Assembly: GCF_001194135.2 (NCBI RefSeq)
Contig: NC_069000.1
Coordinates: 33,230,104-33,266,507, forward strand
DNA length: 36,404 bases
Origin: Octopus bimaculoides
Taxonomy: Eukaryota
Reading direction: 5' to 3'
Shown here one piece after another: positions 1 to 10,664 of this stretch (positions are counted from its first letter, which is position 1; every line of letters begins with the position of its first letter). The position numbers were made by a program, and so were the translations under genes. Below the pieces are notes generated by a model. It did not search any database, had not been told where the DNA came from, and saw nothing but the letters and a program-made list of their open reading frames with translations.

Positions 1-22
1 ATATATATATATATATTAAGGT

Positions 23-403
23 GGAGGCGCCATAGCCCAGTGGTTAGGGCAGCAGACTTGCGGCGTAGGGTCGCGGTTTCGATGACTAGACCGGGCGTTG
101 TGAGTGTTTATTGAGCGAAAACACCTAAGGCTCCACAAGGCTCCAGCAGGGGATGGTGGCGAACCCTGCTGTACTATTTCACTACATCTTCCTCTCACTC
201 TTTCTTCTTGTTCCTGTCGTACCTGTATTTCAAAGGGCCAGCCTTGTTACACTCTGTGTGTCACGCTGAATCTCCCCGAGAACTACGTCAAGGGTACATG
301 TGTCTGTGGAGTGCTCAGCCACTTGTACGTTAATTTCAAAAGCAGGCTGTTCCGTTGATTGGGTCAACTGGAACCCTCGTTGTGGTAACCGACGGAGTTC
401 CAC
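23..403 (+). mobile_element. tRNA-derived SINE, family A, near full length
   Basis: Head has A-box-like TAGCCCAGTGG and B-box-like GGTTTCGATGAC. A homologous copy is at 25706-26053. Confidence 0.85.
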
Positions 404-432
404 GATATATATAATATGGGTATAATATATAA

Positions 433-900
433 TTCCTTGTGGAGGGGACAGGTACTGCTTGTCAGACGGTCCATTTACTGTCAGTACCCGTTTTGTGGAG
501 GAGTGGGCATGCCGTGGCTGATGATGCGAAGACATGCGCTGAAGCTGCGACATCTCCAGTGATAGCTTAAGGGTGATCAGGTGTGGTCGCTCTTTGTTGG
601 ACCTGCTTTTTCGCAGCTCATCTCCTTGACAGAGCTACAGTCCTGGATCAGGCGTAGACCGAGGCAGGCCGCTTGGCGACTAGAGTGCCTCCAAGCGCTC
701 ACAACCCTCGGTCAGTCGGGTAATGCGGTCGTCGGAATTTCCACCTTGGAGTTCTATTGGGGATAAGTGGAGACAAATGCGACGACGTACTTCGAAAGGC
801 CTGGTCGTCGTGGACGGGAGGGATCACCTGGCGAGATTTTCCGGGGGATTTTCGGGCCGGAAACTATGGATAACTTCCAGAAATCCCTGGCTTAGCAGTT
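433..900 (+). mobile_element. Degenerate L1/Tx1-like LINE ORF2 fragment (post-RT region)
   Basis: Translates LWRGQVLLVRRSIYCQYPFCGGVGMPWLMMRRHALKLRHLQ**LKGDQVWSLF...ELQSWIRRRPRQAAWRLECLQAL...STLEFYWG* and, after frameshifts, IFGPETMDNFQKSLA*Q. The F.W.G...C...GG.G.P pattern is typical of L1/Tx1 ORF2, and the same motifs recur on the minus strand at 22.9-24.4 kb. Confidence 0.8.
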
Positions 901-1148
901 TTTTTTTTAGAGTTCCAGCCGGGTAGAGTTGCAACATCCGATGTTTAGCCCACCTTTTCTAGGGCCTTCTTCATTCGAGGTGGGCTGCGGGAATCCTAAA
1001 TAGGCCAGCCCAATCGCGAACATAGCTACCGCCCAACAGAGTTGGTGCAAGGTCTCTGATTGAGCGGTTATCACATGCAAGCCGCCTACGTGTAGGATCG
1101 AGACTAGAGACTTTCAGCTCCAGTAGGGCCAGTCCCCGTTATCTGTAG

Positions 1149-1450
1149 CCTGTCCTGTTTTTGCTCCCAACTTTGACCCTCCATAAATCCAAAATTTTAT
1201 TTTTGTATTTATGGGAGCAACTGTCTTACAGTGCTCAAAAGACAGCCGACAACTGAAGGGTCGTTCTTTCTGCTATTTGTTCTGTTTTCCATTGTGTCGA
1301 TCAGTGCTCAAAAGACAGCCGACAACTGATGAAGGGTCGTTCTTTCTGTTACTTGTTCTGTTTTCTATTTTTTTTCTCTCGTTGTTTGCGTTTTTAACTC
1401 ATTTGTTTTCGTATTTCATGTTGTTTACTGTTGTACCCATATATGCATAT
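1149..1450 (+). mobile_element. Interspersed non-coding repeat, copy 1 (possible Penelope-like terminal-repeat relic) with CTGATGA motif
   Basis: Shares CTGTCCTGTTT..TTGACCCTCC..GGGAGCAACTGT..ACAGCYGACAACTGATGAAG.GTCGTT with 12850-13160, and a TGTAYCC..TATGCAT 3' end with 19755-20010. Internal 73-bp-period duplication at 1229-1369. Confidence 0.6.
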
Positions 1451-1541
1451 GTGTGTGTGTCTGTGTGTCTCTGTGTGTTTGTGTATGTGTATTATTTATA
1501 TATATGTATGTATATATATATATGTATGTATATATATATAT

Positions 1542-1631
<90 letters not shown>

Positions 1632-1640
1632 TGTGTGTGT
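1451..1640. repeat. Compound microsatellite (TG/TA/AG/GT)
   Basis: Dinucleotide runs read directly. Confidence 0.95.
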
Positions 1641-1820
1641 GTGTGTCTTTGTGTCTGTGTTTCTCCCCACCTCCACTTAACAGCCAGTGTTGGTGCGTTT
1701 ACGTCCCCGTAACTTAGCGGTCGGCAAAGAGACGATGAAAAAAGTACTCGGCTTCAAAATATAAGCTCTTCAGGGCAGTGCCCTAGCATGGCTACCGTCA
1801 AATAAATAAAACAAGAAGAC
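1641..1820 (+). mobile_element. SINE family B, 3' half, degenerate
   Basis: TTTACGTCCCCGTAACTTAGCGG..GTGCCCTAGCATGGC matches the family B body at 6080-6477 and 21331-21772. Confidence 0.75.
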
Positions 1821-1989
1821 AAATGATTGAAAGTTCTTGTTATATATTTAACTTTATATATAAAAAAAAAAAAACTGTTTTATATCACGTGATAATATAT
1901 AAGCAGTCATACTTGGAAACGCATTGACACGTGATTGTTAGCATCGATTGTTAACAGAGGAATTGATTGGTTACCGAATCACGTTTGCA

Positions 1990-2957
1990 TGCATATGTGT
2001 ACACACCATTCCTATATGCATATATATATATATATTTATAACTATATGCGTGTGTCCATATATATATCTTACATACTTACATTGATATATATGTGTGCGT
2101 GTGCGCATGTGTGTGTGTGTGTGAGTGAGCGAGTGTGTGTGTGTGTGTGTGTGTATGTGTGTGTGTGTGTGTGCGCGCGCGCATGTAATTTTCTCTTGCA
2201 TGTTTGTTATTTAAATTCTTACTCAAGTTCTACTTCTCAATATGAAATGGTTATTCAAGAATTCTTACATTTTCGTATCGCCCTGTCTGTTCGCTTCGCC
2301 CTCTCCCTCTCTCTCCTTCTCTCCCTCTTTTTCTGCTTCTTTTTCTCTGTCTCTTCCTTGTAATCTCTCTCTCTCTCTCTCTCCCTCTCTCAACTCATGT
2401 CAACAACACGTAAACACACCGTAAGATCTACTTGCGAGTTATCTACTTCACTTGCAACATTGGAATTGTCCAGTGAATGCATTGAATATCTGGAAAGGGG
2501 TTTATCGGATTTCTATTTTGGGTGAAACTCGCTGTTTTTTGAATGGATATTTCGAAAGAAAAAAGCAGCCCCAAAACCTCAAATTTTCCGCATTTCATCG
2601 ATAAAGGCAACAACATGTATATTAGCAATGGTGAGGATATTTGTAGTGTTGATAATCACGATGACGGCGATAAGGATACTGATGTTGTAGATGATGACGA
2701 CTTGACGTGAAGACGACGGCGGCGGCGGCGGCAGCGACGACGATGACGACTATGATGATGATGGCGGTGCTGGTAATGATGATGACGATGATGATGATAT
2801 TATTGTTGATAATAATAACAACAATTACAATAATTAGCATGAGGAGAATTTTGCTAATCAGATCAGATTCATGCTTAGAATGATAATGTGCGACACACAC
2901 ATATACACAAACGCGCATATATTCGTGTGTGAGTGTATATATATATATTTATATATA

Positions 2958-3006
<49 letters not shown>

Positions 3007-3030
3007 ATGTACGTACGTACACATGTTTGT
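1990..3030. repeat. Clusters of (TA)/(TG)/(CT) and (GAT/GAC/GGC) simple repeats
   Basis: Read directly; short unique stretches are interspersed. Confidence 0.85.
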
Positions 3031-3357
3031 GTATGAAAACGAACCTGTTTATTCCACATGCTGAAAATATAATTACAGTGGTTTGTTAACTCCGTAAGAG
3101 CTTGATTGTACAACCACGCTACCACTCCATGTATAAACCATTTTTCTTTCTTTTTTTTTTCTGCATTTTTTTTTTACGCATTGGATACGTGGTCTGCATG
3201 ATAGTAATGGCAGTTCATATTGTTAGTGGAGAAATGGTGAAGTAATTTTGTGTAAATATGTTTCGATTGTATGGAATAACAACACAACGTTCATTTTGCA
3301 TGCAATTTTTTTTTATGAGATTTGCGTAATAGCATCTAATTTTATCCCTGGAACATG

Positions 3358-3360
3358 CAA

Positions 3361-3447
<87 letters not shown>

Positions 3448-3458
3448 CACTACTATTA
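3358..3458. repeat. (ACT)n microsatellite
   Basis: Read directly. Confidence 0.95.
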
Positions 3459-3477
3459 CTGTAAGTATAGCTTTGCA

Positions 3478-3556
3478 GAATGGTTAAGATGTCTGCTTTG
3501 CAATCAAGAGGTCCCTGATTCGGTATCCCTACACGGCATCTTGGACAAGGAAATTT
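3478..3556 (+). mobile_element. Old tRNA-SINE head fragment
   Basis: TGGTTAAGATGTCTGCTTTGCAATCAAGAGGTCCCTGATTCGGTATCCC followed by CATCTTGGACAAGG resembles a tRNA head plus the CTTGGGCAAG block of family B. Confidence 0.45.
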
Positions 3557-4014
3557 TTCGATAATCTTCGCTCGATACAAAGCTTGTGAGTTTTCACTCA
3601 CCAGCTTTTAAACGATCAGAGATTATGGGTAGACTGAAATTGTTTTGAAGTCCGTAGATGCATTGCGGTCTTAAAATATGGACACACCAGGCAGTTTTCT
3701 CAATAGGCCTCCTGGATCTAGGGGTTTCAGTTCTGATATATGTATGTTGTAGCCAATAAAAGCAATAATGTAGCAGCTGCATTGATTTGGCCGAGGGCTT
3801 ATAAAGTTGCTAAGAAGGCTCTACCGGGATGGAGTGATTGTACCTTTAGTTTTTACAAGGTACATCCTACTCACGCTGATTCTGTTTTGCGAATTACGTT
3901 ACATGAAGGATACAACGTCTCTACGGAATACACGGCACTTGCACATTAAGTTAGGATCAGGTAATTCACTTCATCGAAAAGATGAATCTTCCTCGTCGAA
4001 CGACGGAGACCAAC

Positions 4015-4073
4015 GATAACAACGACCACCACCACAATAACAACAACAGCAACAGCTACTACTACTACTACTA

Positions 4074-4105
<32 letters not shown>

Positions 4106-4239
4106 ACCATTACTGCTGCTGCTGCTGCTAACACTACTACTGTTACTGCCACTACTACTATTGCTGCTGCTAACCACTAATACCACCAACACCACATTAC
4201 CACACCCACAACCACCATAACCTCTTCTACTGCTGCTGT

Positions 4240-4305
<66 letters not shown>
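4015..4305. repeat. Mixed trinucleotide microsatellite (ACT/GCT/ACC)
   Basis: Read directly. Confidence 0.95.
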
Positions 4306-4726
4306 CAATACGTTTATTGTGTTGGAACAAACGAACACAATTTTGTTTTAACTAGTCAGTGTTTGCTCGAGCATGGCCAAAGATAACTTAAGTGAATTAG
4401 AGATAAAATGAGTAAAAAAAGGGAGTATTTACGAATAATGTAACTCTCTAACCATTTTAAAAGTATATAGATATAACAATATATATATAAAAGTTAGGGA
4501 AAAAATGGTCTCGTTTACCATTTGCTTCACAAAATCAATGTGTTTTTTTGTTGTGCATGTATAAGTATATCTTTGCTCACGGCCAACAATATCACATGCA
4601 CTGATATGTAATGAATATACGATACATTATCTAGAATGTCCACATCTATGAATTAGATAATTTATTCTATTCATATAGTTTGAAGAAAAAGTATACGATA
4701 TACGCCCCAAACATAAGATATTGCAT

Positions 4727-4735
4727 ATCTATCTG

Positions 4736-4780
<45 letters not shown>

Positions 4781-5398
4781 TTATCTATCTGTCTGTCTGA
4801 GNNNNNNNNNNNNNNNNNNNNNNNNNNNNNNNNNNNNNNNNNNNNNNNNNNNNNNNNNNNNNNNNNNNNNNNNNNNNNNNNNNNNNNNNNNNNNNNNNNN
4901 NNNNNNNNNNNNNNNNNNNNNNNNNNNNNNNNNNNNNNNNNNNNNNNNNNNNNNNNNNNNNNNNNNNNNNNNNNNNNNNNNNNNNNNNNNNNNNNNNNNN
5001 NNNNNNNNNNNNNNNNNNNNNNNNNNNNNNNNNNNNNNNNNNNNNNNNNNNNNNNNNNNNNNNNNNNNNNNNNNNNNNNNNNNNNNNNNNNNNNNNNNNN
5101 NNNNNNNNNNNNNNNNNNNNNNNNNNNNNNNNNNNNNNNNNNNNNNNNNNNNNNNNNNNNNNNNNNNNNNNNNNNNNNNNNNNNNNNNNNNNNNNNNNNN
5201 NNNNNNNNNNNNNNNNNNNNNNNNNNNNNNNNNNNNNNNNNNNNNNNNNNNNNNNNNNNNNNNNNNNNNNNNNNNNNNNNNNNNNNNNNNNNNNNNNNNN
5301 NNNNNNNNNNNNNNNNNNNNNNNNNNNNNNNNNNNNNNNNNNNNNNNNNNNNNNNNNNNNNNNNNNNNNNNNNNTATATATATATATATATATATATA
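4727..5398. repeat. (TATC)n and (TA)n flanking assembly gap 4802-5374
   Basis: Read directly; N run. Confidence 0.9.
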
Positions 5399-6079
5399 TT
5401 CACAGATGTATTTAAAAAATCGTGCACAAATACACACACTTGATTCTCAGATAAACGCAAAGACTTGTACGTACACGGATATATATGTATAGATATCTTT
5501 ATTTATGATTATAGCATTATACACACATTTTTGTATCTAAGAGCATTTTACGACTTCCAGTACTGCGAGGAACATAATTCATTTGAGAGACAAATTTATA
5601 TCTGGATTTTTTTGTATAGGTTTCACGCGCAAATACGTTTATAGGTTTTATAAATGGACATCACACACAAAATCATTTATGCACGAACAAATTTTTGATA
5701 CAAGTTTATTTTGTCTGTTAGCCTCAAAATCAATTTGAGCTGTGACGCTGAATTACATTTCCCAATATTCTATGATTAAGTGTGTATGCTGATTGCAACA
5801 ATCTTGATTGCAGCAATCAAAATGATCATAATTAATTCGAGATCATTGTTTTGATTTCATAATGTTCAGAACTGAAACAGTGATTCACACATGGGCCTGT
5901 ATGTGATATGCGATTTTTTTTAAACTCTACCTTCATTAGGGATGGAGAATCTGTGGTTAAAAATCCAGTTCCAAAATTATCTATATGGAAGTATCTTAAA
6001 ACAATTCCATTGTAAAACTCCAAAATACCCAGTTCCGATCTTATATTTTTACTTGAATAAGTTTTTCAATTGTTCATTA

Positions 6080-6477
6080 CTCTTTTACTTGTTTCAGTCA
6101 TTTGACTGCGGCCATCCTGGAGCACCGCCTTTAGTCGAGCAAATCGACCCCAGGACTTATTCTTTGTAAGCCTAATACTTAATCTATCGGTGTCTTTTGC
6201 CGAACCGCTAGATTACGGGGGCGTAAATACACCAGCATCGGTTGTCAAGCGATGTTGGGGGAACAAACACAGACACACAAACACACAGATATATATATAC
6301 ATATACATATATACGATGGGCTTCTTTCAGTTTCCGACTACCAAAACCCACCCACAATGTTTTGGTCGGCCCGAGGCTATAGTAGAAGACACTTGCCCAA
6401 GGTGCCACGCAGTTGGACTGAACCCGGAACCATGTGGTTGGTAAGCAAGCTACTTACCACACAGCCACCCTGCGCCT
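6080..6477 (-). mobile_element. tRNA-derived SINE family B, full length, with internal microsatellite (CORE-like block)
   Basis: On the minus strand: GGCGCAGGGTGGCTGTGTGG (A box), GGGTTCAGTCC (B box), GCACCTTGGGCAAGTGTCTT (resembles the CORE domain), internal (TA/TG) tract, tail GAAACAAGTAAAAGAG. Multiple copies in the window. Confidence 0.9.
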
Positions 6478-6759
6478 ATGTGTAAAAGAATTTATGAAAT
6501 AGGTGATGATTAGCTCCATCATAGTGAGATTTTCGAACCTTTTTCTGACCTGTTCCAGAAGCACGTGTAAATTCATGCAAAATGGATAAATTAAATTACT
6601 ATTACCGAAGATTTTTTTCGCATTCAAATAGTATACGACAGATTTCATCTTCGGAAGAGAAATCTGCAACGTCAGACTGCTTTAAATAATTTTGTAGGTC
6701 TTTTTTGGTTTTAGTTTTTACTTTTCTTCTTTACATGGCTGTGTGATTAAGAAGATTGT

Positions 6760-7762
6760 TTTGAGTCACACCCACTATGCACAACCATGGACAAGTGTAT
6801 TCTACTATAGCCCCAAGACGACCAGAGCATTTTTAGTGGATCTATTTCAAAACGGGGGCACCAGTTTTCATTTATGTTTTATGTAGTGTTTTTGGTACCG
6901 AAAGACTTTCAAACTTCGTATACTTATCTATTTTGTGTTATAGAACAGAAAAAAAAATTTGTATTCGAATTTATTTCATGTAAAAAATTGTCTTATTTCG
7001 ATAATTTCTACTAATCACTGACGTCTATTCAGTTGAAAACAGTTAGCGCTGTAACGGTGTATATCGTATTAATCCCCTAACCCTAACCCTAACTAGACTG
7101 TTAACCCTAACCCTAACCCTAAAACTAACCCTAACTCTAGAATCCGAACTCTAAAATTGTTACACACATAGATACGCACAGCGTAATTTATTATATAAAC
7201 AATATATGCGTATAAATTACGATTAAACCGGATTAAATATGTCACAGGGAATAACATTTTTATGACCGCCCAGCAGTAACTCTATTCAGCTGAATAGACG
7301 TCAGTGATTGGTTGAAATTACAGAAATACGACAACTTTAACATGGAATAACTTGCGATGTACGTTTTTTTGTTAAGAAGTCTAAGAGTAAAAGATGTTTT
7401 ATATGACACATTCTACCAGTGTCCCAAGTTTCAAAGTGTTTCGTTAGTGTTTCGTTAAGAAAATACTGGTGCCCCCGTTTTGAAATAGATCCTTTTTAGT
7501 GGATTTGGCAGACGGAAATTGAAAGAATCCTGGCAGGTGTTGTGTCTCTGTGTTTCTTTGTATCTGTGTTTTCTCCACTACTTCCTGACCACCGGCCTTG
7601 GTTTCTTTATGCCCACGTGATCAAGCGGATCGGTTAAAAGAAGGCTATTAGAATAAGCATTAGGCTTTTAAAAGTAAATACCTCGGTGGATTATTTCAAC
7701 TAAGTCCTACAATGCAGTGCACCATCATGGCCGCAGTCCAATGACTGAAACAAGGTAAAGAG
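6760..7762 (+). mobile_element. Old SINE family B copy split by MITE insertion
   Basis: GGACAAGTGTATTCTACTATAGC..TTTTTAGT | GGATTTGGCAGACGGAAATTGAAAGAA..CATGGCCGCAGTCCAATGACTGAAACAAG rejoins into the family B sequence once 6838-7500 is removed. Confidence 0.75.
6838..7492. mobile_element. Non-autonomous DNA transposon (fold-back MITE), copy 1
   Basis: Perfect 28-bp TIR GGATCTATTTCAAAACGGGGGCACCAGT; 8-bp TSD TTTTTAGT (6830-6837 and 7493-7500); inverted second copy at 31563-32183. Confidence 0.92.
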
Positions 7763-8929
7763 ACATTGTATCTAAAGCTACATCATCAAATGTAACTTGC
7801 TTTTATTTAAGACGGTAGAATGTGATTGGAGTGCAATTCTGCTGCTATTTCTAGCAAATCGAGAAATCTCGCACTGACTTTGAAACATGATAAATTTATT
7901 AGGATTAATACCAGTTGTACGCAGTTCACATTGTTGTAAAATGCTCAAGTTCTCTGTTCGACTGTATAAATATAGTAAAACAAAATATATATAAATATAC
8001 CTACCCGATGTTTTAACGAAATACCATGGAAGTAAGTGTACTGAAGCCTAAAGAGAATCTATTTGTTTTTAGGTCAATGGTGTAGGTGAAACGAATGACC
8101 TTAACTCTAACCAAGTTATCTGTTTGGATGCTTTTGATATGTGTGTGTGAGTATGAGTTGAGTTCGTTTTGCTTTTCTTCACTTTTTCTTTTTCCTAAAT
8201 ATATCTGTTAGATAAAGACATCATGTCAATGTATACGTATCAGCAATAACAGCTCATAAATTTATTATAATGTTGCACAGAGAATTTTCAAGGCAGGGCT
8301 TCAGTTTCTTTTCTTTATTTTATTTTCTTTATTTTACCATTTCAGGCAAATTAAGTGAAAAATAGAAGACAATAGTTTTTTTTCTAAAATGTGTTATCAG
8401 GCGTCAAGTGAAGGCCCACCCTGCGGTAATTGATAAGACGATGACTGCCGTAGGAATGTTTTTGGTTACCTAAGCTGACATTTTGTGGTGTATATGGGTG
8501 GGAGATTTTAGTACGATTAACTTATTGTTATACTATCCATTTCTGCGCACTCAATACAGATTTGAGGAGATCGCGTCACCGTTCTGGTAGCCGTTAAAAC
8601 TCTAAAAGAAAAGAAGGATAGACAAAAGTGAAATACGAACTCTTTATTTTTTGCTAATGTTGTTAACAAGAATTAACTGTAATTCGTTTCTTTTTTTATT
8701 AACGTTTTACGTTACCGAAAACTGTGCATTTATTTAATAGGACAGAAAATCCTTATAACTAACTCTATTAATTCAATCCAAATATTTTAAACTGCATTGT
8801 TACTTGGTAATTTTTTATTCGTGTAAATGCTGTCGAACAACATAAACAGATGATTTATTCCAGAATAGTCTCATCTTTATATCTTTGTAGACAACTAGAT
8901 TAATATGGATATACGTAAGCATATTACTA

Positions 8930-9305
8930 TATGAATGTGTGTATGTATGTAAGTATGTATGTATCTATCTGCATTTCTCTCCCCCCCCCTCTCTCTCTCT
9001 CTCTCTTTCGATACACACACACACACACGCATATACGTATAATGTATGTGCTAAATTATACCGTTGCAAAGATATATCTAAACACATGCATAAGCATATT
9101 TTAGATAGATAGATACATACATACATACATACATACATACATGCATACATACATACATGCATATATGCATGTATATATGCATGCACACTTGCACATATAC
9201 AAGCGCATGGACATACATATTGTATATATACACGTGTGTGTGTATGTGCGTGTATGCATATACGTGTGCATTATGTACACAGATCTGCACATGTATATAT
9301 ATATA
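8930..9305. repeat. Compound microsatellite (TATG/CT/CA/TACA)
   Basis: Read directly. Confidence 0.9.
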
Positions 9306-9519
9306 AATCTCTGCTTTTGGATATCTCATCATGCAGAGTTCACCTGTTTCACCGGTGTATCAGAAATATTGCACCAATCAAAGCGTCATTCTGCTAGACT
9401 TGGGAAGCCTATTGTTGTTGGCATGGTTTCCAAAACCTCCAGCCCAGATACAAGAAGACGTAAAGTAAAAGATACGATGGCATAGTGCATTATATTGGGC
9501 GTCTTAAAAGAACCGCCAA

Positions 9520-9660
9520 CCCAGCACACTAGATTTGTACTTATCAACTCGGTAAGTGTGAAAGGCAAAGTTAATTTCTTAGTGTTTTGAACTTTAAGCT
9601 CATGGAGCTGAAACAAATACCGCAAGGCATTCTATCTGACACTGTGGCAGCACCACCAGA
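9520..9660 (-). mobile_element. Highly decayed SINE family C
   Basis: GAAAGGCAAAGTT..TTTGAACT..AAATACCGCAAGGCATT matches family C (compare 23206-23436). Confidence 0.55.
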
Positions 9661-9893
9661 TCATTCACTTTCTCTTTTTCTCTCCCCCTCTCCTCCTCTC
9701 TCTCCCCTCTCTCTCCCTCTCTCCCATTCCTCTCCCTTTCTTTCTCCCCTCTCTCTCTCTCTCTCGCTCTCTCTCTCTCTGCATATAAACCACTATCCAA
9801 AATTATAAAGCCACATGCTCTTTTTTTAAAACGGCTATTGAAAAGGTTGCAAGATGCAACGAAATATACTATGAATATACTCTCTCTTTTTTT

Positions 9894-10240
9894 ACTCTTT
9901 TACTTGTTTCAGTCATTTGAATGCGACCATGCTGGAGCACCGCCTTTAGTCGAGCAAATCGACCCCAGGACTTATTCTTTGGAAGCCTAGTACTCTCTTT
10001 TTTGCCGAACCGCTAAGTTCCAGGGACGTAAACACACCAGCATCGGTTGTCAAGCAATGTTGGGGGTGGGGGCACAAACACAAACACACAAACATATACA
10101 CACACATACATATATACATATACATATATACGACGGGCTTCTTTCAGTTTCCGTCTACCAAATCCACTCACAAGGCTTTGGTCGGCCCGAGGCTATAGTA
10201 GAAGACACTTGCTACTTACCACACAGCCACTCCTGCGCCT
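9894..10240 (-). mobile_element. SINE family B with about 54-bp internal deletion removing the B box
   Basis: Colinear with 6080-6477 except GACACTTGC is joined directly to TACTTACC. Confidence 0.88.
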
Positions 10241-10402
10241 ATAATATAAGATAATATAAAAAATCATTAAAAGACCAAAAGAGCCAACAATTTGTTTCGA
10301 CATATATNNNNNNNNNNNNNNNNNNNNNNNNNNNNNNNNNNNNNNNNNNNNNNNNNNNNNNNNNNNNNNNNNNNNNNNNNNNNNNNNNNNNNNNNNNNNN
10401 NN

Positions 10403-10485
<83 letters not shown>

Positions 10486-10664
10486 AACAAACTAAGGAAA
10501 GGAATTCCTTCAAAAGTGTGTGTAAAACATCCAATTTACTGGTACGTTAGTTGAATACCACATACATATGGGTATAATACAAATTACGAACAATAAATTA
10601 AAAAGAGAGATTCAATTGACAATCCAATAATTTATTTATATTACAATATAAAATAATATAATCC

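Noticed and set aside
1211-3089. Many 60-170 aa ORFs rich in YI, CV, HT, RE, SL
   Set aside because: Translations of dinucleotide microsatellites; the same applies to similar ORFs throughout the window.
3740-3949. ORF containing LRITLHEG, reminiscent of RsuA/RluB pseudouridine synthases
   Set aside because: The similarity stops after 8 residues (no RNRQVRRM), there is an in-frame stop just upstream, and no convincing splice sites.
4680-5492. Long ORFs spanning N runs (also 12983-13921, 14795-15598, 16243-17572, 19851-20723, 27014-27950, 29076-29981)
   Set aside because: Length comes from untranslatable assembly gaps. Only the Dong part of 27345-27950 is real, and it is TE-derived.
5931-6039. 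Possible minus-strand exon (ELGILEFYNGIVLRYFHIDNFGTGFLTTDSPSLMK; IGTGYFGV in another frame)
   Set aside because: The acceptor lacks a pyrimidine tract, the kinase-like loop is followed by a stop within 13 codons, and I recognise no family.
7074-7140. Telomeric repeats as a chromosome end or fusion scar
   Set aside because: Short, interrupted and internal to a MITE present twice.
8026-8150. ATG GAA|GTAAGT..TTTTTAG|GTC spliced start (MEVNGVGETNDLNSNQVICLDAFD)
   Set aside because: The implied intron is only 41 nt and the product is unrecognisable; likely chance.
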